NCBI RefSeq assembly: GCF_001194135.2
Contig: NC_068982.1
Span: forward strand, 165,175,790-165,239,789
Direction: 5' to 3'
Length of the DNA stretch: 64,000 bases
From: Octopus bimaculoides
Lineage: Eukaryota
The stretch's first letter is position 1; each line of letters starts with the position of its first letter. Below are positions 1 through 12,480 of the stretch, one piece after another. A program made the position numbers and the translations under genes. Below the pieces are notes generated by a model, which was not told the origin of the DNA, searched no databases, and was given only the letters and a program-made list of their open reading frames with translations.

Positions 1-418
1 TATATATATATATATGGGTGGGTGGATGTGTTTTAAACAGTCGCTGAAAAATATCAGAATCACTCAAAAACACGACACTATACTATAAATGCTTTAAGTT
101 TATCAGGAAATGTAACACACTATACTATTACGTCTCAACAATAGTTACTTAGTAACTCGATAGAAATATAAAAGCTCATATTCTGATTTCTTACGAATGG
201 AATATATATATATACACACACACACGTACACACGTATTTATTTATGTGCATGTATGTATGTATGTATGTATGTATGAATGTGTATGTATATGTATGTATG
301 CATGAATGTGTGTGTATATATATGTATATATATATACATAAATGTGTATATATATGTGTTTGTATATATATATATGTGTGTGTGTGTGTGTATGTATGTA
401 TATATATATATATAAATA

Positions 419-483
<65 letters not shown>

Positions 484-1312
484 NNNNNNNNNNNNNNNNN
501 NNNNNNNNNNNNNNNNNNNNNNNNNNNNNNNNNNNNNNNNNNNNNNNNNNNNNNNNNNNNNNNNNNNNNNNNNNNNNNNNNNNNNNNNNNNNNNNNNNNN
601 NNNNNNNNNNNNNNNNNNNNNNNNNNNNNNNNNNNNNNNNNNNNNNNNNNNNNNNNNNNNNNNNNNNNNNNNNNNNNNNNNNNNNNNNNNNNNNNNNNNN
701 NNNNNNNNNNNNNNNNNNNNNNNNNNNNNNNNNNNNNNNNNNNNNNNNNNNNNNNNNNNNNNNNNNNNNNNNNNNNNNNNNNNNNNNNNNNNNNNNNNNN
801 NNNNNNNNNNNNNNNNNNNNNNNNNNNNNNNNNNNNNNNNNNNNNNNNNNNNNNNNNNNNNNNNNNNNNNNNNNNNNNNNNNNNNNNNNNNNNNNNNNNN
901 NNNNNNNNNNNNNNNNNNNNNNNNNNNNNNNNNNNNNNNNNNNNNNNNNNNNNNNNNNNNNNNNNNNNNNNNNNNNNNNNNNNNNNNNNNNNNNNNNNNN
1001 NNNNNNNNNNNNNNNNNNNNNNNNNNNNNNNNNNNNNNNNNNNNNNNNNNNNNNNNNNNNNNNNNNNNNNNNNNNNNNNNNNNNNNNNNNNNNNNNNNNN
1101 NNNNNNNNNNNNNNNNNNNNNNNNNNNNNNNNNNNNNNNNNNNNNNNNNNNNNNNNNNNNNNNNNNNNNNNNNNNNNNNNNNNNNNNNNNNNNNNNNNNN
1201 NNNNNNNNNNNNNNNNNNNNNNNNNNNNNNNNNNNNNNNNNNNNNNNNNNNNNNNNNNNNNNNNNNNNNNNNNNNNNNNNNNNNNNNNNNNNNNNNNNNN
1301 NNNNNNNNNNNN
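484..1312. other. Assembly gap (N run); further gaps at about 9966-10471, 39314-39322, 41753-41911, 42653-43155, 47443-47677, 57905-57914, 59133-59142
   Basis: Runs of n, mostly flanked by (TA)n/(CA)n microsatellites; long ORF-track entries spanning them are artefacts. Confidence 0.99.
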
Positions 1313-1320
1313 ATATATTA

Positions 1321-1472
1321 GGATGTGTGGTAAGTAGCTTGCTTGGCAAGCACATGGTTCCGGGTTCATTCCCACTGCGTGGCACCTTGGGCAAGTGTCT
1401 TCTGCTATAACCTCGGGCCACCCAAAGCCTTGTGAGTGGATTTGGTAGACGGAAACTGAAAGAAGCCCGTCG
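1321..1472 (+). mobile_element. tRNA-derived SINE family B, 5' part
   Basis: tgtgtggtaagtagcttgc (A-box-like), gggttcattccc (B-box-like), then ggcaccttgggcaagtgtct...ggaaactgaaagaagcccgtcg running into (TA)n(TG)n; same family as 8950-9390. Confidence 0.8.
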
Positions 1473-1498
1473 TATATATATATATATATATATACATA

Positions 1499-1541
<43 letters not shown>

Positions 1542-2117
1542 GAATACAGACAAGATATGATGTAGCGTTAAAACTTGAGAGTGTAATAGTATAAACTTAT
1601 TTGAGTAAACTATAAATTTAACACCAAGCTCTCTTTTCCGTGTCATTTGTTTTGAAGTCATTAATTGACTTATAAATTCCCGTATTTCTATATTAGAAAT
1701 CAGTCATAAAGTTTGTCTTACTAAGTTGTTTACTTCACTGTATCTTAATTACCGATTGAAATGCCCTTTTTATTTATCCCGTCAAAAACAATTTTATGTC
1801 TATAAGGAAAAACCAAACCTTGAATGTTTCTCGCCTATATTGGTATATCTTACAGAAATACACTGAAATAACCTCGAGTACATATATATATTCTATATTA
1901 AGCAATGTTAATAAAATTTTTCCGGGACTTAGTTCTGGATAAATATACAGGCCCACTCGGATCATATTTCGTTTTGAAAGTAAAAACTAAATTTGCATTC
2001 TAATGTTATTTTCCATGATATAGTTACATTATAGTTAGAATTATTGCATCCTATGCTAAAGATTCTGAAAATACCAGGTAGATATCTAAATTGCATAATA
2101 ACAGAATGAATCTAATA

Positions 2118-2337
2118 TTGGTTTCAAATTTTGGCACAAAACTAGCAATTTGGGGAGAGGGGCTTCGTCGGTTACATCGATCCCACTCATCAAATCGACA
2201 CTTATATTATCAATCCCGAAAGGATAAAAGGCGACGTCTACCCCGGTGGCATTTTAACATAGAACATAGAGGCAGACTAATTTCTGCTAAGCGTTTTTCC
2301 TGGCGTTCTAATGTTCCTGCGAATTCGTCGCCTTCAG
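2118..2337 (-). mobile_element. SINE family A variant (tail gtgccaaaatttgaaacca), diverged
   Basis: Reverse complement aligns by eye to the family A copies at 4866, 29691 and 52207. Confidence 0.7.
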
Positions 2338-2692
2338 AATGAATATAATATTTGAATGACTCAAAGCAAAATGGATATTCAAACTTTTGACCAATCGTAT
2401 TTTCAGGTAGGATTCTGAAAGTTACTGTTATATGCTGGTGGCATTCTCTCTTTATGTATTGATGTACATAAAAAGTTCGCATTTCGATACACGTCGAATA
2501 CACAACCTAACGTTTTATATTTTTCTGTAAATGAAATTTAAAAGTAATTTCCATTAAAATATATTTTGTGACGGCATAAACAAATATTCCAAAAGCTTAA
2601 TAAGAGACCATTCGTCAAATAAAGTATATTAATTACTAGTCAATTTTTACACAAAATTACATAGAACAATTCTCGTAGATAGCAATCTGGAA

Positions 2693-2713
2693 TGCAGTAG
2701 CAGCTGCAGCAGA

Positions 2714-2750
<37 letters not shown>

Positions 2751-2751
2751 A

Positions 2752-2789
<38 letters not shown>

Positions 2790-2803
2790 TCGGTGGTGGT
2801 GGT
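2693..2803. repeat. Compound (CAG)n-(TAG)n-(GGT)n microsatellite
   Basis: Direct reading of sequence. Confidence 0.95.
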
Positions 2804-4865
2804 AGATAGATAGTGTATCATTTCCGATGTGATTTCTTTTCTGTTTTGTTAGAGAAAGTATTTCTGAAACCTATTCAACCTGCTAGATAATAGTTCCCAT
2901 TAAAATTGATTTTTCCATATCCAAGTTGAAAATTTCTCAGTTTAGGTTCATTCAAAATGTAACCTATTTCTACTTCTGTGGCATTAGGACAACTATAAAA
3001 TTCAGTATACGCTTACAAAGCAGATATACACCATTATACTTAGTAAGACATATGTTTTTCATATTTCATTTTCGTTTCTTTTAGTATTCAAGAAATCATT
3101 ATTTATGGCAATAAATAGATTTTTATTCATATCAAATAACATTTAAAAGCAAATTTTTCTCACTGATATATCGGGAAAATAAACAATTACTTTCGAAGGA
3201 AATATTGATAGATTTGTATGATATATAAATTCATGATGCAATGGATATTTTGGTATAAATAGAGTAATTTAACAGCAATTTCAAGTACCAGATTTGGGAG
3301 TGTTAAAAAGATTAGTTTGGTGCAAAAAAAAGTAAGAAAAATATTAACAACAAATAGTGTTTATGGTGATACAAACCATTGAGAACATAACTAAGTCGAT
3401 AGAGCAGTAGCTTCGCCTCTTCATGTTATCTAATAACAACGGATTCAAAAGCAAGAAATCTGATTCCTATAGCAGATGTCATTCCATTTGTGATCGCTTT
3501 AGATAGACTAATAATTGGTAATTTCAAATAGAACATTGTATTTGTATAATTTTACATGAGCTCCTGTTAAAACTTACATTGGTAAACAATATATAATTCA
3601 TAAAGATGTACAAGGCTGACATGATGGTTGGATAGTTTTATCAAAAAGAAAAATTAATCCATATAGCACAGTATTGTATATGGTAAATGAAACAATTCTA
3701 CTAATGAGGACTTCATTAGTAAAGTACTCAAGTTTTTATCTACACTTTAGTAGAATGTTGTATTTAACATTATAAAGTCTGAACGAAATGACTAATAAGA
3801 AGTGAAAATAAGTTGACAGCACATTCTCAAACAATCACCGGTCATCTTCAAGTGACCTGAGATTGTTTGTGGAAATATACAATGAAATAGCAATTTGAAA
3901 TGGTATATTGTGAAACAACGTTCTAGAATTATTTGTTTCTTGTAGACCTATATTTGATAATTAATAGTATTCAATTTATTGTTGTATTCGATGGCTTCCT
4001 ACAAGGGTGTGAGGCTTGCAGTAAAATAGTATACACGAAAGGAGCGAATTTACAAGTAAATGTATGAACAGCATTCTAATGCAATCATCATGAAAAAGAA
4101 ACGAAATAATTTAACGAGGTATGAAAGAAGAATATAATTGATACTTAAACAGAAAAAAAAAACAATAAAAGTGAGCGTGGAAGTATATAAATCAACACTT
4201 GATTACAGTAAAATAATCTTTCTAGCACTGGGACGAGGAAAGAAACTTAGAGAAAGGTAAATTTAGTCGCTTGAACTAATTCCATACTTAACTGGTACTT
4301 ATAATGTTGAACGCGGGTAGAACTAATGCAATGATTTGAACACAGCGTAAAATGTGTGGGAACATTACATGAACAAATAAATCGTAAAAATCATATGCTT
4401 TTATAGTACCTTAAATTGGTTGCTTTTTAAAATCAGTATGTATTTAAAGTAGATTTTTTTAAAAATCAGCATAGCATCTTCAAACCTCGATAACGCGTGA
4501 AGATATAGACAATTCCAGACGTTTGGTGGATGGTGAAGGAAACGCTCGAGTTGACTTGAGTTGTTGTTTACTATGTGACCTAGAGAGAGATGGTTACTGC
4601 TCGGTTCGAGAATGTAGGGTGGGTCTCGATATAGTTCATATCTGGTAGAGTAGTATCCGCCAAGCTGTGTTCCGCCGCGCAGTGGTGTGTCGCAAGAGAT
4701 TCCTGGAGTACTGCGAAAATTATTTTCGAGAAACAACGATCCAAGAACATTCGCAAAGTCCCAGCGTAAATATAGATTAATTATACAAATCGTAAAATAC
4801 GATAAATATAAATTTATTACGTTACAGGACGAACGGCAGTTTTGCTACAATATATTACATTTCTA

Positions 4866-5082
4866 AGGCGGCGAACTGGCAGAAACGTTAGCACACCGGG
4901 CGAAATGCTTAGCAGTATTTCGTCTGTCTTTGCATTCTGAGTTCAAATTCTGCCGAGGTCAACTTTGCCTTTCATCCTTTCGGTGTCTATAAATTAAGTA
5001 ACAGTTGCATACTGGGGTCGTTCTAATCGACTGGCCTCCTCCCCCAAAATTTCAGGCCTTGTGCCTAGAGTAGAAAGGAATA
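4866..5082 (+). mobile_element. tRNA-derived SINE family A, full-length monomer with 11 bp TSD
   Basis: ggcggcgaactggcagaa head, gagttcaaattc B-box, tail gtgcctagagtagaaagg; flanked by attacatttct at 4854-4864 and 5083-5093. Confidence 0.92.
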
Positions 5083-5280
5083 ATTACATTTCTGCATTTA
5101 AACCGGGATTTTCTGTAAGTAAATTTTTTAGTAGTCCTAGAAATATTTAATTTATTTATAATTTACATAAATTATATTATGTTAATTTTAATCGATTTTT
5201 AGTTTCAGATTTAAACATGGAAAAATTTCATTGGGACATCAGAAAAATGTCATAGCAAACAAGACGAATGCCAGAATAAA

Positions 5281-5885
5281 ATGTCCACCTCATCAAAACG
5301 AAAATATAATGAAAATTACATCCAACATGGCTTTATATTATCGGAAAAAGACAAGTCGGTTCCTGTTTGTATGATTTGTTTAAGAACTCACACAAATGAA
5401 GCGATGGTTCTCAGTAAACTTAAACGTCATTTAATAACAAATCATCCGCAACATAAGGACAAACCATAAGAATAATTTGAGATGTTAAAATATAATTTTA
5501 AAATGCAATCGAAAAAGCTGAAGAAATTTCATTCAGTTCCCGAGAAAAATCAAGTCGCTAGTTACACGATTACCTAGTTTTTGGCAAAGAATAAAAGAAA
5601 AACACGTTCTGATGCCAAAAAGATTATTTTGCCAGTCTTAAGTCGGAGAGCTAGCAGAATCGTTAGCACGCCGGGCGAAATGTTTAGCGGTATTTCGTCT
5701 GCCACTACGTTCAGAGTTCAAATTTCGCCGAGGTCGACTTTGCCTTTCAGCCTTTCCCCTTTCCCCTTCGACTTTGCCCTTCCCCAAAAATTTCAGGCCT
5801 TGTGCCTATAGTAGAAAAGACTATTTTACCAGCCGTGGAGGTCATCGTTAGCACAATGATTAGTGATGAAGCCGTCTAAAACAAG
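5281..5885 (+). pseudogene. hAT (Buster/ZBED5/SCAND3-like) transposase N-terminal relic, interrupted by a SINE
   Basis: KRKYNENYIQHGF...PVCMICL...EAMVLSKLKRHLITNHP (BED-type zinc finger), continuing through stops as ...KKIILPV | ILPAVEVIVSTMISDEA, as in Buster-type transposases. Confidence 0.8.
5641..5827 (+). mobile_element. SINE family A (internally rearranged) nested in the hAT relic
   Basis: SINE body flanked by aaaagattattttgccag (about 5618-5635) and aaaagactattttaccag (about 5815-5832), a degenerate TSD. Confidence 0.85.
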
Positions 5886-6827
5886 GGTGAGTGAAAGACA
5901 GTACGTCTAACATTACAAGGAAATGTTCTGATAGGACGTTTGCATTACAAAAAGGTAATGACTTCATAAGCAGATGAGTAACTATATTTTACGGTCAAAC
6001 ACTGCTAAAAATCGCTGGGAGTGTAGAATCATGTACAGAATTCCCAGATTCTTCCATAAAAATCAGACGATGAAAGGAAATGAAGTGATGTAAACACTGG
6101 TATGTGAACGCTTTACTGGTTACAAATCATTATACTGTCGTGTATATTTCATGTATGTATTGGACCACTTCACAGTTAGAACTTCAAAGTAACATTCTTA
6201 ACACCATAGGCACGCCAAATTTTGATCTTACGTTCCTCCGGTTTTCACATTGTTGCTGTTTCACGTTTTGCCAACCATGTGAAGAAGCCAATTTGACCAC
6301 CAAGTTTCATTCCAAACTAAGCAAGATAAATTTTTCTTTTAATCAGACAGTAATATTTCCTTTGTTTTTAAAACTGTTTTATAAACAGAATATATAAGAA
6401 TTCTTTAAGCAGCTTCTTCATTAACTTCAATTAATCAGCAAACGTATTTAATCTTATATTAAAAGCTAAATTGAATAAAACACCGTTGAAGAGTAAGATG
6501 ATAAACATAATCTGTTAGCATAAGTCAGCTAGTGTAGGCTGTGCATTGGAATAAAAATCATCATTATTAGTATACACAACATCTCAAAATTCTAGAGCTA
6601 CTGTTTGGCAAAATTGATATTTATCAGAATCGATAAACAAGAAATATTTTGAATTTGTCGCAAATTTTGCGGCAAAATGAGGTTATGGTATAAAATGTGT
6701 GAATGTGTGTATAGCGGACGGTCATATGATGAAGTCTTTTGGGTATATTCGTATGTAAATCGCTTAGACGGTACTGAAAGGGAATAGAATTTAGAGAAGA
6801 GATAAGTTGTAATAATGAATTGACAGA

Positions 6828-7022
6828 ATTCATCGCACGCCGGACAATAAGCTTGGCGGCATTTAACCGTCTTTAAATTCTGAGTTCAAACTCCGGGAAT
6901 GTCGACTTTGTCTTTCAACATTTCGGGCTCAATAAAATAAGTACCAGTTGAGTACTTTGTTACAAGTAATCGATTTAAACCTATCCCTTGAAATTGCTAG
7001 CCGTGTGCCAAACTTTGAAACC
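6828..7022 (+). mobile_element. SINE family A variant, diverged
   Basis: ctgagttcaaactcc, gtcgactttgtctttc, aagtaccagttgagtac, tail gtgccaaactttgaaacc. Confidence 0.7.
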
Positions 7023-7109
7023 AACACACATAGATTATAACATAACAATGCATGTTTGCTTGTCTTCTGTTTTTTATCATTTATTTCTTTCAGTCACAGG
7101 AATGCAGCA

Positions 7110-7825
7110 TGCTGGGGCACGGCCTTCAAGGATTTTGTCAAACAACTTGGCCTTAGTATATTTCTTTTTAAAGTCTGTTATGCTGTTTTTAATCCAATCA
7201 TAAAGGTACTGAAGGCGTAAAGAATTTGACATCGATTCTCAAGTACTTGGTGAAGGACAGATATGTAAGTCTCATATATGTGTGCAATTATATGTATCCA
7301 TATAAATAATTTGATACAATTGTTTGCCAGAGAAGTATGCAGTGACATATATATGTCTAAAGGAGGAAGGATAGATGATACTCTTGTTCTTAGCAGATGT
7401 GTGCAAATATATTCTCCTGTGTCTCTCTACTTACATAGATATATATTATGCATATATTAAGATGCCTAAGTTATCTGTGCATTGGTATAAACCATTACTT
7501 ACAGTCAAACAGATGTATATATGGAAGCATAACTAGATATTTCCTACTGATTCTACTTGATTTCCTTCATACTAATTTCAATGCTGCAACAGATCGTCAA
7601 CATTGTAACTACTTGTACATATTTCTATATGGAAATTTCATTAGAGAAGCTCATGATGCTATGTCACAATGCTTAGGATTGTATCCGTACATGCACCAAA
7701 GCATTCTGTGGCATAATATGTGGACTATACTCATAGCCGTTTGTATAATATTCTGACAATTATATTCTACTTGTATATCTTACATCGACAACACAATGCT
7801 AGCAAAATTTTATAGATGATATAGC
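7110..7825 (+). repeat. Left arm of ~700 bp inverted repeat (partner 11060-11790)
   Basis: e.g. ttgtttgccagagaagtatgcagtgacata here vs tatgtcactgcatacttctctggcaaacaa at about 11561-11590; colinear reverse-complement similarity throughout. Confidence 0.92.
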
Positions 7826-7847
7826 CATAAAAACCACTAAGCCAGTA

Positions 7848-8155
7848 CCTTGGCTTAGTGGTTAGGATGTTTGGCTCACGAGTTCAATTTCCGGCGATGT
7901 GTTGCTGTGTTCTTGAGCAAGACTCTTTATTCCACGTTTCTCCAGTTCACTTAGCTGGTAAAAATGATTTGTTCCTGTATTTCAAAGGGCCATTTTTTCA
8001 CATTCTGTGTCAAGCCTCATATCCCAGAGCATTACGTTAAGAGTACACGTGTTTTGTGTAGTGCTCAACCACTGCACGTTAGTTTCATGAGGTGGCTGTT
8101 CCTTTGATTGGATCAACTGGAAACCTCGTCGCCATAACCGAAGGGGTGCCAGTAA
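7848..8155 (+). mobile_element. tRNA-derived SINE family C (CORE-like middle)
   Basis: tggcttagtggttagg A-box, gagttcaattt B-box-like, gtgttcttgagcaagactcttta; colinear with 52437-52730. Confidence 0.75.
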
Positions 8156-8949
8156 ATCATTACAAAATGAATTAAAATTTTTTAAATCATACCCATTCGA
8201 CCCAACGATTTTCGAGTTTACATTCATTTCACTGTTCTGATAAGTTAAATTACATACAGTTGAACGACGGAGTGGATGTATTGGACTTACCCACTTCCTT
8301 GCAGTTGTTGTTTTTGTGCCAACATTTGAAACCAATATTATATTTGTGAATTACTAACATAAGGAAGAAATTATTACGACGTATGTGTTAGGTTGACGGT
8401 CTGAAACAGAGTTAAATAACTGACTACATATTCCCCACTAAATGGGGACGAGATTTCTGTAGAGATGATGGAAGACATGCTGAGATAAAGACTTTCAGTG
8501 CACAATAACACCAGGTAATTAATTAATTATTATTTTTAAAATAAAAAAAAATAAAACAATACTAATTGACAATATATATAATATACATATGCGTATATAC
8601 ACAGACATACACATATGTATTGAGATAGACAGACAGACAGACAAACAGAAAGACAGGCAGACAGACAGACAGACAGCCAGGAAGGCAGGTTGACAGATAG
8701 ATAGATAGATAGATAGATAGATATGTGTGATTGTATATCTTTATATGTGTTTGATTGGGTGTGTATATGTGTATCTTTATCTTTTCTTTTATAGTCTACT
8801 TGCTTTTGTATTTGCACTGCCGCATGGTGGAGTACCGCTTCGAATAGTTTGGTCCAATAAATTGACCCCAGTGCTAATTTTTGGTGTATGGCTCCATTTC
8901 TATCTATCTTTATTGCCGATTGACTAAATTATGGAAATGTTATATCGTC

Positions 8950-9106
8950 AGTGACTAGGCGGTAAGAAGCTTGCTTCCTAACCATATCGTTCCAGGTTCA
9001 GTCTTCTACTATAGTATTCTACTATAGCCTCGGCCTGACCAAAGTCTTGGGAATGGATTTGGAAGACGGAAACTGAAAGAAGCCCTTCTAAATATATATA
9101 TATATG

Positions 9107-9159
<53 letters not shown>

Positions 9160-9390
9160 GTGTGTGTGTGTATTTGTGTGTATGTGTCTGTGTTTGCCAC
9201 CCTGCCATTGCTTGAAAACCGATGTTGGTGTGTTTACAACCCCGTAACTTAGCTGTTCGGCAACAGAAACCGATAGAATAAACACTAGGCTTACAAAGAA
9301 TAAGTCCTGCGGTCGATTTCCTTGAATAAAGGCGGTGCTCCAGCATGGCTGCTGTGAAAGAACTGACACTAGTAAAACAATAGAAGAATA
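8950..9390 (+). mobile_element. SINE family B, near full-length with internal (TG)n
   Basis: Head as at 1321; 3' half gttggtgtgtttac...aaagaataagtcctgcggtcgat...ggcggtgctccagcatggc. Confidence 0.85.
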
Positions 9391-9395
9391 AAATA

Positions 9396-9431
<36 letters not shown>

Positions 9432-11059
9432 CAATATATCACAGTACCAAATATAACCTATGACAATAAGCAATGTAATAAGAGTTGGTTATCTTATTAT
9501 AACCGTTTGCACAGTAATAATCCAATACTCCAACGCAGAATCTATAACGAGACTAACGCTAGCACGGTTCGGCCTCAACTGCCTGCTGGCTCATCTGTTG
9601 TTTAAGGACTCGTCCAGTCTACTGACAGTCATGTGCGGGGGCGTTAGTTCATTCCACAACAGAAATAATGAACGTAAACAAACCAACACTAGTTGCCAAG
9701 CGCTGGGTAGGGTGTTTTCGAACACGATCACAAAGACACACACAAATATAAATATATACATACACACATACACATATATGTGTGTGTGTGAATGTCTGTG
9801 TGCATGTGTTTTTATGAATTTATGTAACTATACACTTGTATGTATATATGCATGTATGTATGTATGTATATATATATATATACATACATACATACATATA
9901 TAACACACAGACATAGACACGTATATACATACACACGTATATACATATATATATATATATATATANNNNNNNNNNNNNNNNNNNNNNNNNNNNNNNNNNN
10001 NNNNNNNNNNNNNNNNNNNNNNNNNNNNNNNNNNNNNNNNNNNNNNNNNNNNNNNNNNNNNNNNNNNNNNNNNNNNNNNNNNNNNNNNNNNNNNNNNNNN
10101 NNNNNNNNNNNNNNNNNNNNNNNNNNNNNNNNNNNNNNNNNNNNNNNNNNNNNNNNNNNNNNNNNNNNNNNNNNNNNNNNNNNNNNNNNNNNNNNNNNNN
10201 NNNNNNNNNNNNNNNNNNNNNNNNNNNNNNNNNNNNNNNNNNNNNNNNNNNNNNNNNNNNNNNNNNNNNNNNNNNNNNNNNNNNNNNNNNNNNNNNNNNN
10301 NNNNNNNNNNNNNNNNNNNNNNNNNNNNNNNNNNNNNNNNNNNNNNNNNNNNNNNNNNNNNNNNNNNNNNNNNNNNNNNNNNNNNNNNNNNNNNNNNNNN
10401 NNNNNNNNNNNNNNNNNNNNNNNNNNNNNNNNNNNNNNNNNNNNNNNNNNNNNNNNNNNNNNNNNNNNNNNNGTAGGGTGTTTTCGAACACGATCACAAA
10501 GACACACACAAATATAAATATATACATACACACAAACACTGCATATGCGGCTAGAGGACATTACCACTGGCGCAAACAAGTTAAATACGTAAACAACGAG
10601 AAGGAAATGGAAAACAGGACAAATAAACACAGCGAAAAGACCCTTCATCAGTTGTCGGCTGTCTATCTGCTCCTCGTTTCGAGCATTCAACAACAATATG
10701 AGTCTTCAAAAAGAGTTGCTCCTATAAATTCTAAAATAAAATTTTGGGTTTATGGAGGATCAAGGTTGGGAACCAGAACATAACAGTGAAGTCATACAAG
10801 GAAACCGAACGAAAACAAACATTTAGGGTCGTTAGGCCAGAACGAGAGGAAAATAGTGAACGCTGAGAGAAACATTCTTCTGTTTTTTAAAGAATTTGTT
10901 TTTAATTAATTATGAGTTTAAAAATAATTATTACTTATAAGGTTTTTATTCCCATGCTGCCCACTCGATATGATCGGTATTTTAAATAACGATCTTATAC
11001 AGTGATTTGAATACATATGATTTTTTTTATTTTGTTATTTTGTAATACCTTGAAATGAA

Positions 11060-11790
11060 GCTATGTCATCAATATGATTTTGTTAGCACTTATACTGTCA
11101 GTTTAAGATATGTAAGCAGACTAAATGGCAGAATATTATTAGATTCTACACAATCAGCTGTGGATTTGTCTACGTATTAAGCCACCAAGTACCTGGGATG
11201 TAGGTATGGATACAATCCTAAATATTATGACGTGGCATCATGAACTGAGACATCTCTAATGAAATTTCCATATAGAAATATCTAGAAGTAGTTACAATTT
11301 TGAACATGTCTTACAGCATTGAAACTGGCATAAGGGAAATCAAGTAGAATCAGTAGGAAATATCTAGTTATGCTTCCATATACAACTGCTTGACTGTAAG
11401 TAATGGTTTATACCAATGCACAGATAACTTAGACATCTCAATATATGCATAGTATATATCTATGTAAGTAGAGAGACACAGGAGAATATATATGCATACA
11501 TATGCTAAGAACGGGAGAATCATCTATGCTTCCTCACTTGCACAAAGATATATGTCACTGCATACTTCTCTGGCAAACAATTGTATTGAATTATTTATAG
11601 TCAAAATCGTAATTGCACATATATATGAGACTTACAGATTTGCTCATCACCAAATACTCGAGAATCGGTGTCAGTTTCTTTACGCCCATGTAACATAGCG
11701 ATTGGATAAATAGAGTATAAGTAAGAGACTTTTGAAAAGAAATATACTAGGGCCGATTTGTTCGCCAAAACCCTTGAAGATTGTGCCCCA
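11060..11790 (-). repeat. Right arm of ~700 bp inverted repeat (partner 7110-7825)
   Basis: See left arm. Confidence 0.92.
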
Positions 11791-11970
11791 ACAAAGGGGT
11801 TAAATCGATTACACTGATCCCAGTGCGTAACTAGTACTTAATTTATCGACCCCGAAAGGATGAAAGGCAAAGTCTACCTCGGCGGAATTTGAACTCAGAA
11901 TGTAATGGCAGACGAAATACCGCTAAGCATTTCGCCCGGCGTGCTAACGTTGCTACCAGCTCACCGCCTT
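11791..11970 (-). mobile_element. SINE family A (left-monomer type, 3' truncated)
   Basis: Reverse complement reads aaggcggtgagctggtagcaacgttagcacgccgggcg...ctgagttcaaattccgccgagg...gtaatcgatttaacccctttg. Confidence 0.9.
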
Positions 11971-12133
11971 AAACGAATATTGTATTGAAGTCATAAAAAT
12001 GACAAGTGAATACTTATTCACTTATTCACATGAAAATGACATGTGAATATTTATTCTACGTGCAAAAGTAAAATCATGTAAAATACATTTCCAGGCGCTT
12101 TCGTCGATCATCCATATAATAATGATTAATCAT

Positions 12134-12270
12134 ATTCTCTTCTACTTTAGGTACAAGGCCCAACATTTTGGGAGAGGCGACTAGACGATTAGATCGACCC
12201 CACTACATAACTGGTACTTAATTTATCACCCCAAAAGGGTGAAAAGCAAAGTCGGCCTCGACGGAATTTG
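12134..12270 (-). mobile_element. SINE family A 3' half
   Basis: Reverse complement from B-box to tail gtacctaaagtagaagagaat; abuts the + strand copy. Confidence 0.85.
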
Positions 12271-12480
12271 CAATAAAGAAATAAGACACGTTAGCGAGCC
12301 GGGCGATATGCTTAGCGGTATTTCGTCTGTTTTTTACGTTCTGATTCCAAATTCCGCTGAGGTCGACTTACCCTTTTGGAGTCGATAATTTAGGTACCAG
12401 TTGCGTAGTGAGGTTGATCTAATCGACTGGCACCCTCCCCCAAAATTTTGGGCCGTGTGCCTAGAGTAGAAAAGGATATA
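12271..12480 (+). mobile_element. SINE family A right monomer with dimer linker
   Basis: Begins caataaagaaataaga (same linker as in the 21599-22031 dimer) and ends gtgcctagagtagaaaaggata. Confidence 0.88.

Noticed and set aside
135-1661. Long ORF-track entries rich in YI/HT/CV repeats, here and at 9.8-10.7, 12.4-14.1, 34.9-35.3, 41.4-43.2, 46.7-47.7 and 53.1-53.6 kb
   Set aside because: They are translations of (TA)n/(CA)n/(TACA)n microsatellites and N-gaps.
7448-7756. 102-aa ORF in the left inverted arm
   Set aside because: It is frameshifted in the right arm and has no recognisable domain.
9706-10534. Identical ~63 bp at 9706-9768 and 10472-10534
   Set aside because: The second copy starts exactly at a gap edge, so it is most likely an unmerged contig overlap or haplotype artefact.
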